A stretch of 64,000 nt of DNA from Callorhinchus milii (Eukaryota). The position numbers were made by a program, and so were the translations under genes. Where the stretch lies: the NCBI RefSeq assembly GCF_018977255.1, contig NW_024704743.1, forward strand, positions 8,000,001 to 8,064,000, given 5' to 3'. Below are positions 14,200 through 27,897 of this stretch, piece after piece. Positions within the stretch are counted from its first letter, which is position 1. Each line of letters begins with the position of its first letter. The notes under the pieces are model-generated. The model was not told the origin of the DNA and did no database searches. It saw only the letters and a program-made list of their open reading frames with translations.

Positions 14200-14265
14200 C
14201 CCACATGGTGTTGCCTTGCTAATGGTAAGGCAGCAGGTACGGATGGTATCAATACTGAGTTGACT
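14200..14265 (+). mobile_element. Small non-LTR retrotransposon remnant (RTE/L1-like)
   Basis: NGKAAGTDGINTEL at 14221-14262. Confidence 0.4.
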
Positions 14266-15292
14266 TTAGTCCAGGATTCATTGACAGAAGGATAGGGAAT
14301 CTCAAGCAAGAGGTCCTGCCAGCAATACCAATTTCATCAGATCGTGCCTCTCAATGCACGTTATGCATGAATAAACTCCTTGGTTCCTGTAGCCTTTTCT
14401 TTGATGGTGCAGTTATGGAATATGATTAATCAAACCTGCCAAAGCAAAGTCAACACAGATGCAATGCATCAGTCAAAGACATATCACTGAGAATCGGTTC
14501 TCTCCGGGTGGAGGCTGAGAAGAGCGAGATTTGTAAACTTTACCCACCTGATGTTGATAAGTAACAGGATGTTCTCAGTTTTTTTTGATTGTACAGGAGA
14601 TGGAGCCCACTCATCAGCTGCGGAGGACCACAGCAGAGAGAGGAAATTATGACTATTTGAGGATGTTGGAGAGTTTCAGCTCCACAAGACTACGACCTTA
14701 CATTATAAGTGGAACAAGAAGGTGGGAGGAGATCACCATCAGTGTAACAGGTGTCCCTCCTCGAGCATGTTTTCAGTTTCTGGAGCAGGGTTGGTCACAG
14801 CAGGTGGTTTGTGCCTGCCACGATTCATTTTTATCACTTCATCTACAGTAAAAAACCAAGCTTGAAAATTGATAGCATGCAACCTGTCTGAGAGCACAGC
14901 CAGTGAGTGACTGCTTTAGAAATAAATAGTTTGCAGCCTTACATTAAGGCATCAGGTGATCACAAGGCTTGCTGCAAATCTGGCAAATTTAGCACTCTCT
15001 ATGTCAAAGTTTACTTTCAGTCAGCAAAATTCAAGACGGTTATAAACACGGCTTAAACGTCTAAGCACCAGAAATCAACACTTTTATTAAATTGTATCAA
15101 CCGTCCTTACAATCAAGTTCTAATTTCCTGTGTACTTTAGGCAGTCACGCAATAACATCTGGTGTGAAAGAAAACTGCAAAACTAACTTTACAAACAGAT
15201 AATGGCTGCTCACCATCAGTAAGTGGAAAAACAACCAACTTCAAAAAAAAATTCAAAACATAATAAAAGCAATGGGGATCAAATGAGAAATA

Positions 15293-15659
15293 TGGAATCC
15301 TGTAGCTTAGTGGTTAGAGCACTCCCCTAACAAGCAAGAGGACCTGGGTTTGATTCCCAGGCAGGCGAAACTTTAGGAAAATTTCCTTACTCCGCGCACC
15401 TGTTTACCTAGCAGTAAGTAGAAATCCAGCAATCACTCGATTGGCAGATTGCTTTTCAAGGGGTAATGATTCCTTCAAAAAAAATAATCATTTGGTCGCT
15501 CAATCCATGATTATTTGTGGGACACTTCTGTGCGCAGTTGGCTGCCGCGTTTCACTCACAAAACATACAGTCAATTCACTTTACAGTGAATCGTTGTGAA
15601 GTGATTTGAGAAGTCTTGAAGATGTGGTAAGGCGCTATATCAAATTGAAGGATTATTAT
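15293..15659 (+). mobile_element. tRNA-derived SINE, long subfamily
   Basis: Full-length similarity to the other copies. Confidence 0.9.
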
Positions 15660-17789
15660 GTGAATTAGGGCTACAAGTCTGAAATATCTACAAATATCGG
15701 TGGAACATTTGATGTATTGAATATGTGGGGTTCCTGGACTTTTCCTTCAAATGAAATACAAGCAGCTTCAGTGTCTTCATATCTGTCCAGCATTCATTTC
15801 CTTTCATCCATCAGGTCAGCCACCCACACACTACACAATCTGGATGAAACTGGTTCACTCGCTCACAGGCAGCAGCAGAAAGCTCAGTTGCAATGAAAGC
15901 GACTCTGAAAGTCCAGCAGCGAACTGATTCAAATGGTGATTTTCAGAAACAGTGGCTTAGTTACAACATTAGTTGCAGTCCAGAGTCTATTCTCCCCTGG
16001 GTTATCAGAAAATCTAGGTGCAGCCCCGTGTTTATCGTAAATACGAAATTACACCAAATAAAACCAAAAACGTTCAAAATAAAATGAAAAGTAATGAAGC
16101 GCCATCAGCGCCAGCTCAAGCAGCCTGCCGAGCCTTCCAGAAGCTTCTCGGCGGCTACCGCCCATTCCCACCAACCTTTGTATCGTTACCTGCAATTGGT
16201 TCGCTTCCCTCCAAACCAAAGCAAAAGCCCAGGTCCATCATAATGCAGCCTCTGGTTGGTCCCAACAATAGGCAACAACAACATCTTTATAATAATAATA
16301 CTTCAATTTGATAATGAGGCCTTATCACGTTGTTGAGACGTCTCAAAGCGCTTCACAGAATATATTGTAAAGTGAAATAACTATATTTTGTGGGTGAAAA
16401 GCGGCAGCCAATTATGCAAAGCAGTGTCCCGCAAACAGTAAGTGACCAAACTATTATATATTTGTTGAAGGGATTATTAGCCCCAGAAAGCAATCTGCCA
16501 ATCGACAAACAACTGGGTTCCTACTTACTGCTAGGTAAACAGAGGCATGCGGAGGAGGATGTCCTCCTGACGTGAAAAGCGTTATACAAATGTAATTTGT
16601 TGTTGTTGCTCCTCATTAACATCCACTCTACAGGGAGGTACAGAGCAAAATGCGAGACATAAACTAGTAAACACACTGGGAGCGGTGGGGGGAAGCATGA
16701 ATCTGTCTGGCTGCTAACCACTCTCTTTACTACTTAATAATAATCCTTGCATTTGATATAGTGCTTTATCACATCGTTGAGACACCACAAAAGCTCTTCA
16801 CAGGATACACTGTTTAAAGTGTAGTGATAGTTTTGTAGGCAAACACGACAGCCAATTTGCTTCCAGCAATGTACTTCAATATAAATGGATCAATCAAACA
16901 AGTCAGAAATGCCTGAACAAGATTACTTGGATATAGAACTGATTTTTTGGATCAAACGCAAGGTGAGTCAGAAACATGTATTTTCCAGAGACCAGACAGG
17001 TGAAATTAAACCCTGCAATTTATCAATTGATAATGCTCATTGCACAATTTTTAAAGATAACTGCAGAGCTCAGTATTGCAGAAATGTACAGGTTCTGCCA
17101 GCATTTGTGAAGCTAATTGAGAAATGTACAGTACTTGCTGTTACCTTATGCAAAACACAGGTGTCTGTGGGCGGTTTATAAAAAGCTGAACGAGTGCATG
17201 TGGGAGTACAGTGCAGCAGATGTGTGTTGGAATAGGGGCAGTCAATTGAGCCCCAGTGCTCCTGGTTCAATGCTAAACTGTACCATTCTCAAGTCAGACG
17301 CCAAATGGTGATTCCGCATCCCGGAACTGGAGATACACTTCCATAACTAAAGACGTGTTCACAGGAAGCACAGCCAGAAAGACAGAAGTGCCTGTGTTGC
17401 AAGGTGAAAAGACTGTTACAACAAATTACATTAGTAGAGCGCCTTTCATGTCAGTAGAAGATCTCAAAGCAATGGACAGTCAAGGATTTGCACCACACAG
17501 CAATGGACTGTGCCACTGTTAAAACAAAACATGATGTACAAGCTAGCAAAGTTTTCCATTTGTACTGTATTGATTCAAAAGTCAAATCTCGACTATTAAT
17601 GTACAATGCAACGGTACAAAATGCTGTTAAGTGTATATCTGTCTTTCAGGTGGAATCTTAAACCAGTTCAAGTGAATGTTAATGATCCTGATGCTATTTG
17701 AAAAGAGAAGGGCGTTCTCTCCTCATCCCAGCCAACAATCCCCCAAATAGTCCACAAATTGATTGCTCCATTTGCCTACAAAGTCATTA

Positions 17790-19177
17790 CCTGGGCCAAC
17801 AGAAAAGTGCGGGCCCACTTTTTCCGCAACAACAGCCCTTGTCCGCTACAAACATGCTACAAACAGCCCCTCGGGTACTAAAACTTTGCACGCAGTGAGC
17901 TAGGCTGTTTGCTCGACGCCGCTACAATGGCTGGAGAGGCTCAGATTGTGGGTGGGAAGCTGCGCGAGCGGGAAATCAACTTCTCTAGTGAGTAACCCTC
18001 GACAGAAAAATCAGCTGCGTCACACACTACTGTACTGTGACACATTCTGGGTAAGTGCTATACTATTCAAATTAAAATATTTAGCATTTTAAACATAACT
18101 ACATTTTCAGGAAATATATAACTATAGGGGTTGTTTGACTTTTTAGGTGGTACAATACAAAAATCTCCAAACATTTTTATCAATCCCGTGAGGAAGCCAA
18201 GGGGCAGCACATCAATTCTATTCTATCCAGGTGAGCCTTATGAAGGGGGGCAGTTATTTTGCCACATTTGCTGTCACACAATTGACCATATTCGCAAATT
18301 CACTGTTGATGAGCACGTGAAATCTCGGAAATATTGTGAAGGCAGCAGCAATGAAGAAAAAAAATGAAGGTAAAATACTTTTGCTATATATATTAAATGA
18401 AAATGTATCATTATTTGCTTTCATTTTCATAGAAAATCTTGAATTGTATTACAAAAGTTAATCTCCCTCTCCTTTTTGATTGAATTTTAAAAGCACATAA
18501 AACAAGCACAGCAAACAAAAACAAACAGACTGAACATTTCTAATGACATGAGGATCAATTTTTATTTTTGCCTTTCTAGGTGGATCTGGACCTCAAAGAC
18601 AACTCGCTCTGACAACCTGCTTCTCTAGAGCCACTGCATCATCTGCGGAAAGGAAATAATTCATATTGGACTTTGTCCTGTGTTTGACTCAGAGCAGACA
18701 TACCGCTTGAAAAAGCTCCTGCCTTCCAAGAGTTTCTATGCAAGTACACAAAACTTGGAGGGATTATTCCAACACCATCACAGTTTCATAATACATACTT
18801 GTAGGGGCTTATTCCTGGGCAGGAAGCATTTTTGAAGAAACATGTTGAGGATATGGATGTGTTCCTGGATGAGACTACTGATTGAAACTACACTTTTGCA
18901 TCTTTTGAAAGGTGTTATGTTTTGTTTTTGTTAAAGAAAACATTAAAAAATATTTTTTTCCCAATAATCTATGATGTGTTATTTCTTCAGGTTTAGGTTT
19001 TAAAAATGAGAAAAGAAAAACTGTAGGTTAGCAGCAACATGCATCTCTCAATAGCACAAATAAACCCTTAAACAAATAAACAAATAAACCAATTTTCCCG
19101 CAAAGTGCAGCGATTTTCTCCGCAAAATGTGTAAAGTGCTCTGCAATATTTTGCAAACACTTTTCTATTGGCCCAGG
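17790..19177 (+). mobile_element. Internally deleted CGGBP1-like hAT DNA transposon with an intron-containing transposase remnant
   Basis: Terminal inverted repeats cctgggccaacagaaaagtg / cacttttctattggcccagg. Decayed exons at about 18147-18369 and 18580-18885 resemble CGGBP1 and end in DETTD. Inserted into a SINE whose two halves flank it. Confidence 0.85.
18147..18885 (+). pseudogene. CGGBP1-like zinc-finger / hAT transposase N-terminal pseudogene (two exons, intron 18370-18579)
   Basis: GEPYEGGQLFCHICCHTIDHIRKFTVDEHVKSRK resembles CGGBP1 GELHEDGGKLFCTSCNVVLNHVRKSAISDHLKSK. ADIPLEKAPAFQEFLCKYTKLGGIIPTPSQFHNTYL resembles ANIPLEKADHPAVRAFLSRHVKNGGSIPKSDQLRRAYL (both from memory). Then FLDETTD*. 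Contains stops and a frameshift; GT..AG intron boundaries present. Confidence 0.8.
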
Positions 19178-20774
19178 CCATCACACTTTACAGAAACATT
19201 ATGAAGCACTTTGACATACTCAGCATTATAGGCCCCACATCAGGTGAAAAGATCAATGTATTTATTATTAACATATAAATATGAATACAAAAGCATGAAA
19301 GGCAAAAATCAACCTACAATGTTGTACCATGTGTCTTTATTTAATCAGGATTTCCTTTGACTCTGGAATGCTGTTTGTGTGACGGTGTTTTCTATAAAAT
19401 GACTGCACCAGTCAGCGTGATCAAATGGGGAAATCCCGAGTTAGATCACACCAAGCTATTAGCAGCAGGAATCTATGAGAATGCCAACACTGAAGGAATT
19501 AAACTCACAATATCCTATACATGTGGTTTATATTTTAGGTCAGAAAACACATTTAAGCAAGGTGATAATTTCAGCTAACGTTTGATCCAAACACAAGACC
19601 TTCTCCACCACCAAACCAGCTGAAAGGTTCTTTGTTTCCATTCCTTAAACTTGTTCCATACTGCATTCTAACAAACCTTGAAGCAAGCGGGTAAATGATA
19701 TCTTAATATTATAATTAAAATTATATATATGTGTAAAAAAAAGCTCTCAATCCATGACCGTTTGTGCGACATTGTTGTGCACAATTGGCTGCTATGTTTT
19801 GCCTACAAAATATATTGTCAACCCACTTTACAATATATTCTGTGAAGCGCTATGAGACGTCTCAATGACGTGGTAAGGCGCTATATCAAATGCAAGGATT
19901 ATTATTATAAGTAGGCGCTAGCCTGGCTCAGTTAGTAGCACTCTTGCCTCGGAAAAAAAATGTCTACATATTACAGTCACTATACTTTATGGTACATCCT
20001 GTGAAGCGCTTTGAGGTGTCGTTCCGACGTGAAAAGCGCTGTATCAAATGTAAGGATTATTATCATTGATAATATTTATATCCCAATACAAGGAGCACCT
20101 CAGAAATATGCGGTTAATGGCAATGTTTCCCTGCATCTCTATCAAACTATGAACAAGATCAAAATGATTATTTCAACAACGACAACTCGCATTTGTATTG
20201 TGTGCTTCAGGTGGGGGAAGTGCCTCAGACCGCTTCACAGTGGTGGAGCTAGACGCCAAACTTGGGTGAGAGGGGAGGTGACTGTAAGCATGGTCTTCAA
20301 GAATATATTTAAGGCTTCTATTTTTTGGTATTTATTCATTTCATTTTTCGGGGTTTATTTTTTTTAGCAATTTTTGAGTGACTGTTGTTTTCCAATGTCA
20401 ATTGGATAAACACCGATTTCCTTATCAGGGGTATTTTATAAGGGGTAAAACCCAAAATCAGAAGCCCTAAATATATTGCTTTCTCTCCATGCAGTCACCA
20501 GTAGAACGCACAACTTTTTTTCAAGATTTCTTGCAGTAAGCTTCCACCTTTGAGTGGGTATGAGAGGCCGGTAACAACAACAACTTGCATTTATAGCGCC
20601 CCTCGCACAGGATATCAACCCAGAGCGCACGGTAACGTAAGGTACAACTGATAAACACTAATAACAAGAATAAATAATAAGACGGTTGAAATGTGACCTT
20701 ATAATTGTCATCAACTAATGGTGAACATTTTGCTGGAAATAATTTCTACTAAACAAGTCGGCATTAGTTACCAA

Positions 20775-21040
20775 GCAACAAAAACAACTTGCATTTTTAT
20801 AGCACCACACCCCCCTCCTCACGTAGCGTAGTGTCCCAGAGCTCTTGACAGTGGTGGAGCACGACGCCAAGCCAGAGGGAGGGAGAGGTGACCATAGGCA
20901 TGGTCGAAGAGGAAGGTCTTCAGGCGTGACCTGAAGATGGGGAAGAGCGAAACAGAGGAATAGAGGAAGAGTGTTCCAGAGAGGCAGAGGACTCCCTGGT
21001 CACAGAGAGAGAGGATGTCGTTTGTGACTTTGACAAGCAA
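20775..21040 (-). mobile_element. Internally deleted L2 fragment
   Basis: [15 protein letters not shown] joined to FRSRLKTFLFDHAY and a caacttgcattt tail. Confidence 0.75.
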
Positions 21041-22071
21041 GAATTAGGTCAAAGAAACAACTAAGATAGTACTCATCTGAAGAGAGGGCTTTCTTCAAAC
21101 TGCCCTGGAATTGACAGTGATAAATACATGGGGGAGTTGTATTTAGTGGTTAAATGTGTGGAGTTCCCCGAGTTCCCCCTCCATGGTTCAGGCTACCCTG
21201 CAACATAATGCACTGCTGTTCACACACGTTCCACCACAAAGTAGGAGAGTGGGTTGATGCCTGCGAGCCCCCGATCTCAGCAACGTCATCTGGTGAGATG
21301 CTCAGCAGGGAGAGTGAGTCATTTGCCACAAGTTCAGTAAAAGCCAAATAAGTAAAACCCAGAGAACTAAATCGGTTTCAAGAGCGGCAGGTATCTGAGA
21401 GCAGGTTGACTGCAGGGTGCCTTTTCAACTAGCCAACAATGTGTGGTTTGGGAAGTCCTACGAAAAAGGAAAGGATGAAAATGCATCATTGTAAAAAATT
21501 ACTCACCATAAAAAAAGGAGTGGGCTGGATGACACCATTGCCAATACAAGTTAGGAGGACAAATGTGTCAGAAGTTAAAGTTCACAGCTGCTTTGAGTTC
21601 TGTTCTGTTGTGCATCAACACCCTACTTGCTATAAGATGATGTTCATTCCACCAGCCTGGCTTCAACTGAACCCAGCTACGAGAGGTGAGCAGACACTGT
21701 GCCAATCCAGTGCGCTGCCCAGGCAACAACCTGAGTACTTACAGCTCAACCAGGATGGCCTTGTAGACTGATAGAAATGCAGACTTTGCATACAGTACAT
21801 TACACATGTACTAACTACCACATTGTTTCACTCTGCTAGAATGTTTGACACAAGTTCACCATCCAATGGGCTCTCACCTTCTTGTGGAAGTGCACAGGAT
21901 GGGACCGATGCCTCTCCTCCCGATGTATTGTGATGCTCCCAGAATCAAACAACCTCTCCAGACTGGCAGGCAAGGCTCGCACATGAATGATAACCAATTG
22001 AACTGACTGGTATCTTTGAAACCAACCATAGCTCAGTGGAAGCACCAGATAACATCCACAGTGTGTGCAAC

Positions 22072-22637
22072 AGGACTGGGCAGCCTGGCACTATCAGCAC
22101 TGGACAAGCTGGCATCATCAGCACTGGACAGAGTGGCATCATCAGCACTGGGCAGCCTGGCATCATCAGCACTGGGCAGCCTGGCATCATCAGCACTGGG
22201 CAGCCTGGCATCATCAGCACTGGGCAGCCTGGCATCATCAGCACTGGACAGAGTGGCATCATCAGCACTGGGCAGCCTGGCATCATCAGCACTGGGTAGC
22301 CTGGCATCATCAGCACTGGGCAGCCTGGCATCATCAGCACTGGGCAGCCTGGCATCATCAGCACTGGCAGCCTGGCATCATCAGCACTGGGCAGAGTGGC
22401 ATCATCAGCACTGGGCAGCCTGGCATCATCAGCACTGGGCAGCCTGGCATCATCAGCACTGGGCAGCCTGGCATCATCAGCACTGGGCAGCCTGGCATCA
22501 TCAGCACTGGGCAGCCTGGCATCATCAGCACTGGGCAGCCTGGCATCATCAGCACTGGGCAGCCTGGCATCATCAGCACTGGGCAGCCTGGCATCATCAG
22601 CACTGGGCAGCCTGGCATCATCAGCACTGCGCAGCCT
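22072..22637. repeat. Minisatellite, 24-bp unit GCACTGGGCAGCCTGGCATCATCA, about 23 copies
   Basis: Directly visible tandem array with recurring GGACAGAGT/GGGCAGAGT variant units. Confidence 0.97.
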
Positions 22638-22758
22638 GTTATGTGGATCAGAAATCCTGGATTCCTTCTTCACTCTCTCACTGCTTAAACATCTCAATTG
22701 CGAGGGAGGAAGTTAATATACCAAGCAGAAATTTGAGAGTACAATTCCAGAGAAGAAA

Positions 22759-23123
22759 ATAATAATAATCCTTGCATTTGAAATAGCGCATCAGCAGGTC
22801 ATCAAGACATCTCAAAGTGCTTCACAGAATACTGTAAAATGAATTGACTGTATATTTCATGGGTGAAACTGGGCAGCTAATTGCACACAACAGTGTCCCA
22901 CAAACAGTCGCGGATTGAGTGACCATATTTTGTTTAAGGGATTATTACCCCCAGAAAGCGATCCACCAATCGACAAACAACCATGTTCCTACTCACTGCT
23001 AGATAAACAGAGTCATTGGGATTAAGGAAACTTGCCCAAGGTTTTGCGCGGCCAGGAATCGAACCTTGATCCCCTCGCTTGTGAAGCAAGTGCACTCACT
23101 AACCAATACGTTACAGAACTCCA
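22759..23123 (-). mobile_element. tRNA-derived SINE, long subfamily
   Basis: Reverse-complement full copy. Confidence 0.9.
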
Positions 23124-24089
23124 CAAAATATTTGGATGCCAAGTGCAAGTACAAGTCATAAACCTGTCAGGTGACAGAAAGTGTTGCAAAAAGGCAGGAT
23201 TCCTTGTACAGTTTATTTAGGGGGGAGCGGTGGATTGTGAAAGTCTAAGATGGAAGAGGGAGGGAACTGCAGAATAAGCAAGTTAAAACAACCAGCTGCA
23301 GGTTAATAAAATGAAGTGTAGAAAGCTGTGACATGGCTCACATATGCTCTGAAGTAAACCTGGTGTGCTTTTTATTGTTGGTATATGGAGTATTTACTTT
23401 TACGATTGATAAGTGTTTCGTGTGAGTTTTGTTTTGTTTCAGATGCAGCTGAATCTGATCGGTGGTGCAAAGCAAGCTATGGTTTAGGATGTGGGAATCT
23501 CTCCCTCAAGTTTAGACAGTTGGCTGCTGGATGGAACATATGGCTATTACTTGCATTAATAGAATCAGGCTGTGCTGCTGGAATGCAAAGGGCCTGTATA
23601 GCCCAGTGAAGCATGTCAAATTACTTCAACACATTCAACTCCTTAAATGTTAAATTGCTTTTATTCAGGACACACACCTGGATGGAATCAAATACAAAAC
23701 ATTGGGGAGATAGTGGGTGGGCCAGATGTTCTCATCGTACAACAGGAAAAGCTGGGGAGAGTGGCTGTAATTGCACATAAAAGCCACCCACCCACTCGGT
23801 GCAGCACTGCGGAGCCGCACAGACCAGGAAGGTCCTGTGTTCAGGCTCTGGTCTGTGCTCGGTCGGGTTCGCGGTCGAAGGGCAGCAATTAGCTTCAGCT
23901 TCCTTAGGCTGGGAGGTGATGGAAAGCAGATCCCTGTCCAGCTACCCTGCTGAATTGTGTGCGTGTATAGTGCAGCCTAGATCAAGCTTTGCTCCAATCC
24001 CAGCTCCCACCCCCACTTCAAAGGATAACTGCCTTCCGATTGCCACTGTTTAAGCTTATGCAGGAAGACTTAGCAACATCTTCGATTTC

Positions 24090-24492
24090 TAGGCGGGTCA
24101 AAACCTTAGACAAGTTTCCTTACTTCATACACCTGTTTACTTTTCTGCCCACAAAATAGTTACTCCACTTTACAGCGAAGCACTTTGAGACATCTCTCAA
24201 CAACCCAATAAGACAGTATATCAAATGCAAGGATGATTATTATTATTACCTAGCAGTAAGTAGGCATCCGGTTGTTAGTCGATTGGTGGATAACTTTCAG
24301 GGGTAATAATCCCTTCAAAAAAATAGTAATAATTTGGTCACTCAACCACGATTGTTTGAGGGACACTGCTGTGCACAATTGGCTGCTGCGTTTCACTCAC
24401 AAAATATACAGCCAATTCACTTTACAGTATGTTCTGCGAAGCGCTTTGAGACATCTCAATAAGGCGCTATATTAAATGCAAGGATTATTAGT
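24090..24492 (+). mobile_element. Composite SINE: long-subfamily copy interrupted by a second SINE tail
   Basis: ctgtttac ... (tail, about 24140-24247) ... ttacctagcagtaagtagg resumes. Confidence 0.75.
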
Positions 24493-24494
24493 AG

Positions 24495-24935
24495 TATATG
24501 TTACCAGGAATAAGAGGATATAGCTACAGTATCAGGAAAGTCTAGCCAGGTTATAGCTCTCTTTCCCTGGAGATGAGATGTTTGACAGAGGACCTGATAG
24601 AGGAGTTTAACATTATGAACGAGTACGATAAGGTGAACTTGGTGAGTCCATAATAAAGGGGCATAAGTATATGATAGCCACCAGCAGATCTAAACGAGAT
24701 CTGGGGGGAAATCCATTGACAGACAGTGAGACTGTGCAATTCACCGTAAGAAGCCATATTTGAAGCATAAAGCAAACTTGACGCATACATATTGGAGAAG
24801 GGAATAGAGGGGTAAGTGGGGAGACTATGGAGGGCAGATTATGAGGGGTGGAGGCTTATGAGGAGAATAAACACTGGCACAGACAAATTGAACAGAATGG
24901 ACAATTTTGTCGCTGTAGAATTTTTGTAATTCCAC
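24495..24935 (+). mobile_element. CR1 3' fragment
   Basis: LFSLE...RGDLIE-like remnant (ctctttccctggag...gaggacctgatagagg) and CR1-type 3' UTR. Confidence 0.7.
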
Positions 24936-25415
24936 GTTGGAACGATAAGGACAAGGTAACAGGAGCTGTTCGTGCCCATAGAACAATACCCCAGGAGGCC
25001 ACGAGTCCCCACCTTCAGCAAAAAGGAGAGAGAATTGTGAGGGGAATGGGAAATAAATAATCCTTTACTTTAAAGATGGTAGCAAGAAATAGTTATGTTG
25101 CCATTGGCTCCTCAACAGTACACATAATCTCTGTCCTCAACCCAGTTGTCAGCACTATGGAATGCTTGGGAGGGAGATATCAAGAAAAGCTCTATGCAGA
25201 ACTCAGCATTTTGTTGCATAATCCTAAATGCCTGCACGAGCCACAAAACACATAGTCACCCCACTCTACAGTACATCCTGTGAAGCTCTGGACGTGAACA
25301 GCGCCAGGCCAGCTTAAAGAATCTTTTAAAACAAATTACACTTGGGGGCTGTTTGAACTATGCACCTTTATTTTTACCAATTCCTTTTAAAATACTTTCT
25401 TTCGTAACTTCATAG

Positions 25416-25600
25416 TTACAAACATTCAACTACATAATCAAAACTTAGTGAATTTGTTAAATCGTGCTCAATAGACACGATTGTGAGTGCATTCAATCTT
25501 TCCTGGATCAATATAGATCTGAGTGAGTCTTTGATGTGACTCACCTTTGAGAACCAGCGTTCACCTTCACAACTGGTTGTGTTAAGAACATACGCAGAGC
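25416..25600 (-). mobile_element. hAT transposase C-terminal dimerisation domain remnant
   Basis: TTSCEGERWFSKVSHIKDSLRSILIQERLNALTIVSIE matches the hATC pattern (S..ERSFS.L..IK..LRS.M.QERL..L). Confidence 0.85.
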
Positions 25601-26199
25601 AACTGCCACATTTGGAAAGAGCTTTCTCACACTTAATATGTGATACAAAATCCAGAAAGTGCACAAATGAATCAAAACTGTCTGCATCAGAATCTTTTTT
25701 CAGCGCAACTGAGCTGCATGACATGGCTCCTGCTCTCCACACTGCCTCTTATCTCAACGTAAAGCAATGTAAAAACAAAATATTCAATACTTTACTCATA
25801 AATCAACCAGAACCTCTTCTAATTTGCCACCGGTTTTCTCCTCCTCCCTCTCCCCAGGAGTTTGACACTTTATTTTAAAAGCCCTTCTTACTTAAGAGTA
25901 CCACTCCTGAGAGTTTGCAAGGAATCAGTAAAGAGTTGTAACAACGTAGGCACAATGTCCTCCTTCTGTGACCAATTCTCTATGATTCTAAGACTCTTAT
26001 CGCTACCTCTGGAAAAGAGCTCAGGCAGTATTTAGCAGAGAACAGGAAAGTAATTTCACATCAATATTAATCAAAAACTCCAATCTGTTTAGATCTCCGA
26101 ATCCCAGGAAGACATAACACATTTTGATTGGTCCTTTGAGGAATTAAAAACAAATCCAACTATGCAATGAGTGAAAGAGAGCAATTATAGATTCCAATC

Positions 26200-26345
26200 A
26201 AACAGCCTAGAAAAGGTGAAGATAAGCAGAATGCTTAGAGGGAAAGCTCTAGGTATAGATTGCTACACTGTCAAGTTCTATAACAAATTTCTCCCCAGGG
26301 CGAGTCCTAAGACTGCAGCAGCATTTAATGACATATGGTCTGAAG
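26200..26345 (+). mobile_element. L1/Tx1-like LINE ORF2 remnant
   Basis: GKALGIDCYTVKFYNKF resembles the GKAPGPDGFTVEFYKKF motif preceding L1-clade RTs. Confidence 0.6.
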
Positions 26346-26850
26346 AAAAGATGCACAATGTCTATAGCAAAACTCGATTTTAATTTCAGCAAAAATAAAA
26401 GCAGGGATGTAACATGGGGCAACAATTGGTGTCACTGTTGAACGTGGACTGAAGGATTGTAGCCAGACATGATAAACCAGGGACGACTGTCTATAACCAG
26501 GGACAACTGCCTCCAACGATCATTACTTACCCTTTTCATTTTTTGGTGCAGGTCTGGGTGGCCTTGGAGCATCACTGCTTGTGTCTGTCACCAGATACCA
26601 ACAGAACTAGCGGACACAGTCTGATATTTATTCTTTTACTCGGTTCAGTTTAACTCATAAATGTAATTGTTATCGCTTTCTCCATCTTAGACAGATCACC
26701 CTATCTGTTGTGTCTCCATTTTCAGGGGAGTTTCAAGTCAGCAGCCTGATACAGAGTGAGACCTTACACCGAATGCAAGGATTATTATTATACTGTTCAT
26801 GAAGACCATATGGAGAGACTATAGTGGTGTATCTGGGTGCTTTATGTTTT

Positions 26851-27897
26851 ACTGTCTCGTGCGGTGTCCCTCAGGGCTCTGTCCTCGGTCCCCTCCTCTT
26901 CACCCTCTATATGCTCCCCCTGTGGTGACATCATCCGCAGACATGGGGTTAACTTCCACATGTATGCGGATGACACCCAACTCTCCCTTTGCTCCTCTAC
27001 TCTCAACTCCACGACCACCGATGTCCTGACAGCTGCCTGTCCGACATCGAGTCCTGGACGAGAGACAACTTTCTTCAGCTCAACGTGCGTAAAACTGAGG
27101 CCCTCCTGATTGGCTCACGTCAGCGCCTCCGCACCTCAGGCGCTGACAGCATCAGCATCCAAGGCTGCACTCTCCACCTCTCAAAGCCAGTCAGGAACCT
27201 CGGCGTTCTGTTCGACCCTGAGCTGTCCTTTCTCCCTCATATCCGCACCACAACTGGCACCGCCTTCCACCACCTCCGGAACATCGCCAGACTACGGCAC
27301 TACCTCACCCCTCACGCTGCTGAAACTCTGGTCCACGCCTTTATCACCTCAAGGCTGGACTACGGGAACTCTCTCCTCATCGGCCTTCACCGGCACCTCC
27401 CTCCACAAGCTCCCACCCTCGCTCGCCTCCACTGGCTTCTCATCCCCAAGAGGATCAAATTCAAGATCCTCATCCTCACCTACAAGGCCATTCACGGCCT
27501 CGCTCCCTCCTACCTCTCCGACCTACTATCCCCCTACCTACCTGCCCGTACTCTCCGTTCCTCTGGCTCCGGTCTACTCCACATCCCCCGCCCCAACCGC
27601 CCGACCATCGGTGGCCGGGCCTTCAGCCTCTCAGCCCCGAGGCTCTGGAACTCCATCCCCCAGTGCCTTCACCGCCTCCTCCCTTTCCTCCTTCAAGGCT
27701 GGTCTCAAGACATTTCTCCACAGCTGTGCCTTCAGCTCCCCTCTCGACTCTCTACCCTCTCCTCGCTCCCTCCCTTCCCTCACCTCACCCTGACCATTTC
27801 CCCCCTGCTCGGGTCCCGACCCAACTGTACAGCGCCTTGGGTCGTCCTCCCAACGTGAAAGGCGCTCTATAAATGCAATCTTGTTGTTGTTGTTGTT
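26851..27897 (+). mobile_element. L2-clade LINE, 5'-truncated and frameshifted, same family as the 40-kb copy
   Basis: [15 protein letters not shown] region followed by [23 protein letters not shown]; internal deletion relative to the 40-kb copy; tail ...ggcgctctataaatgcaatc(ttg)n. Confidence 0.95.

Noticed and set aside
14585..14851. Possible Harbinger-like transposase fragment (NYDYLRM)
   Set aside because: Single short resemblance; no TIRs or other motifs found
21040..21800. Possible RTE-like RT remnants on the minus strand (NGV.., FTYL)
   Set aside because: Motifs too weak without a profile search
21945..22762. 207-250 aa repetitive ORFs
   Set aside because: Translations of the 24-bp minisatellite; no splice or domain support
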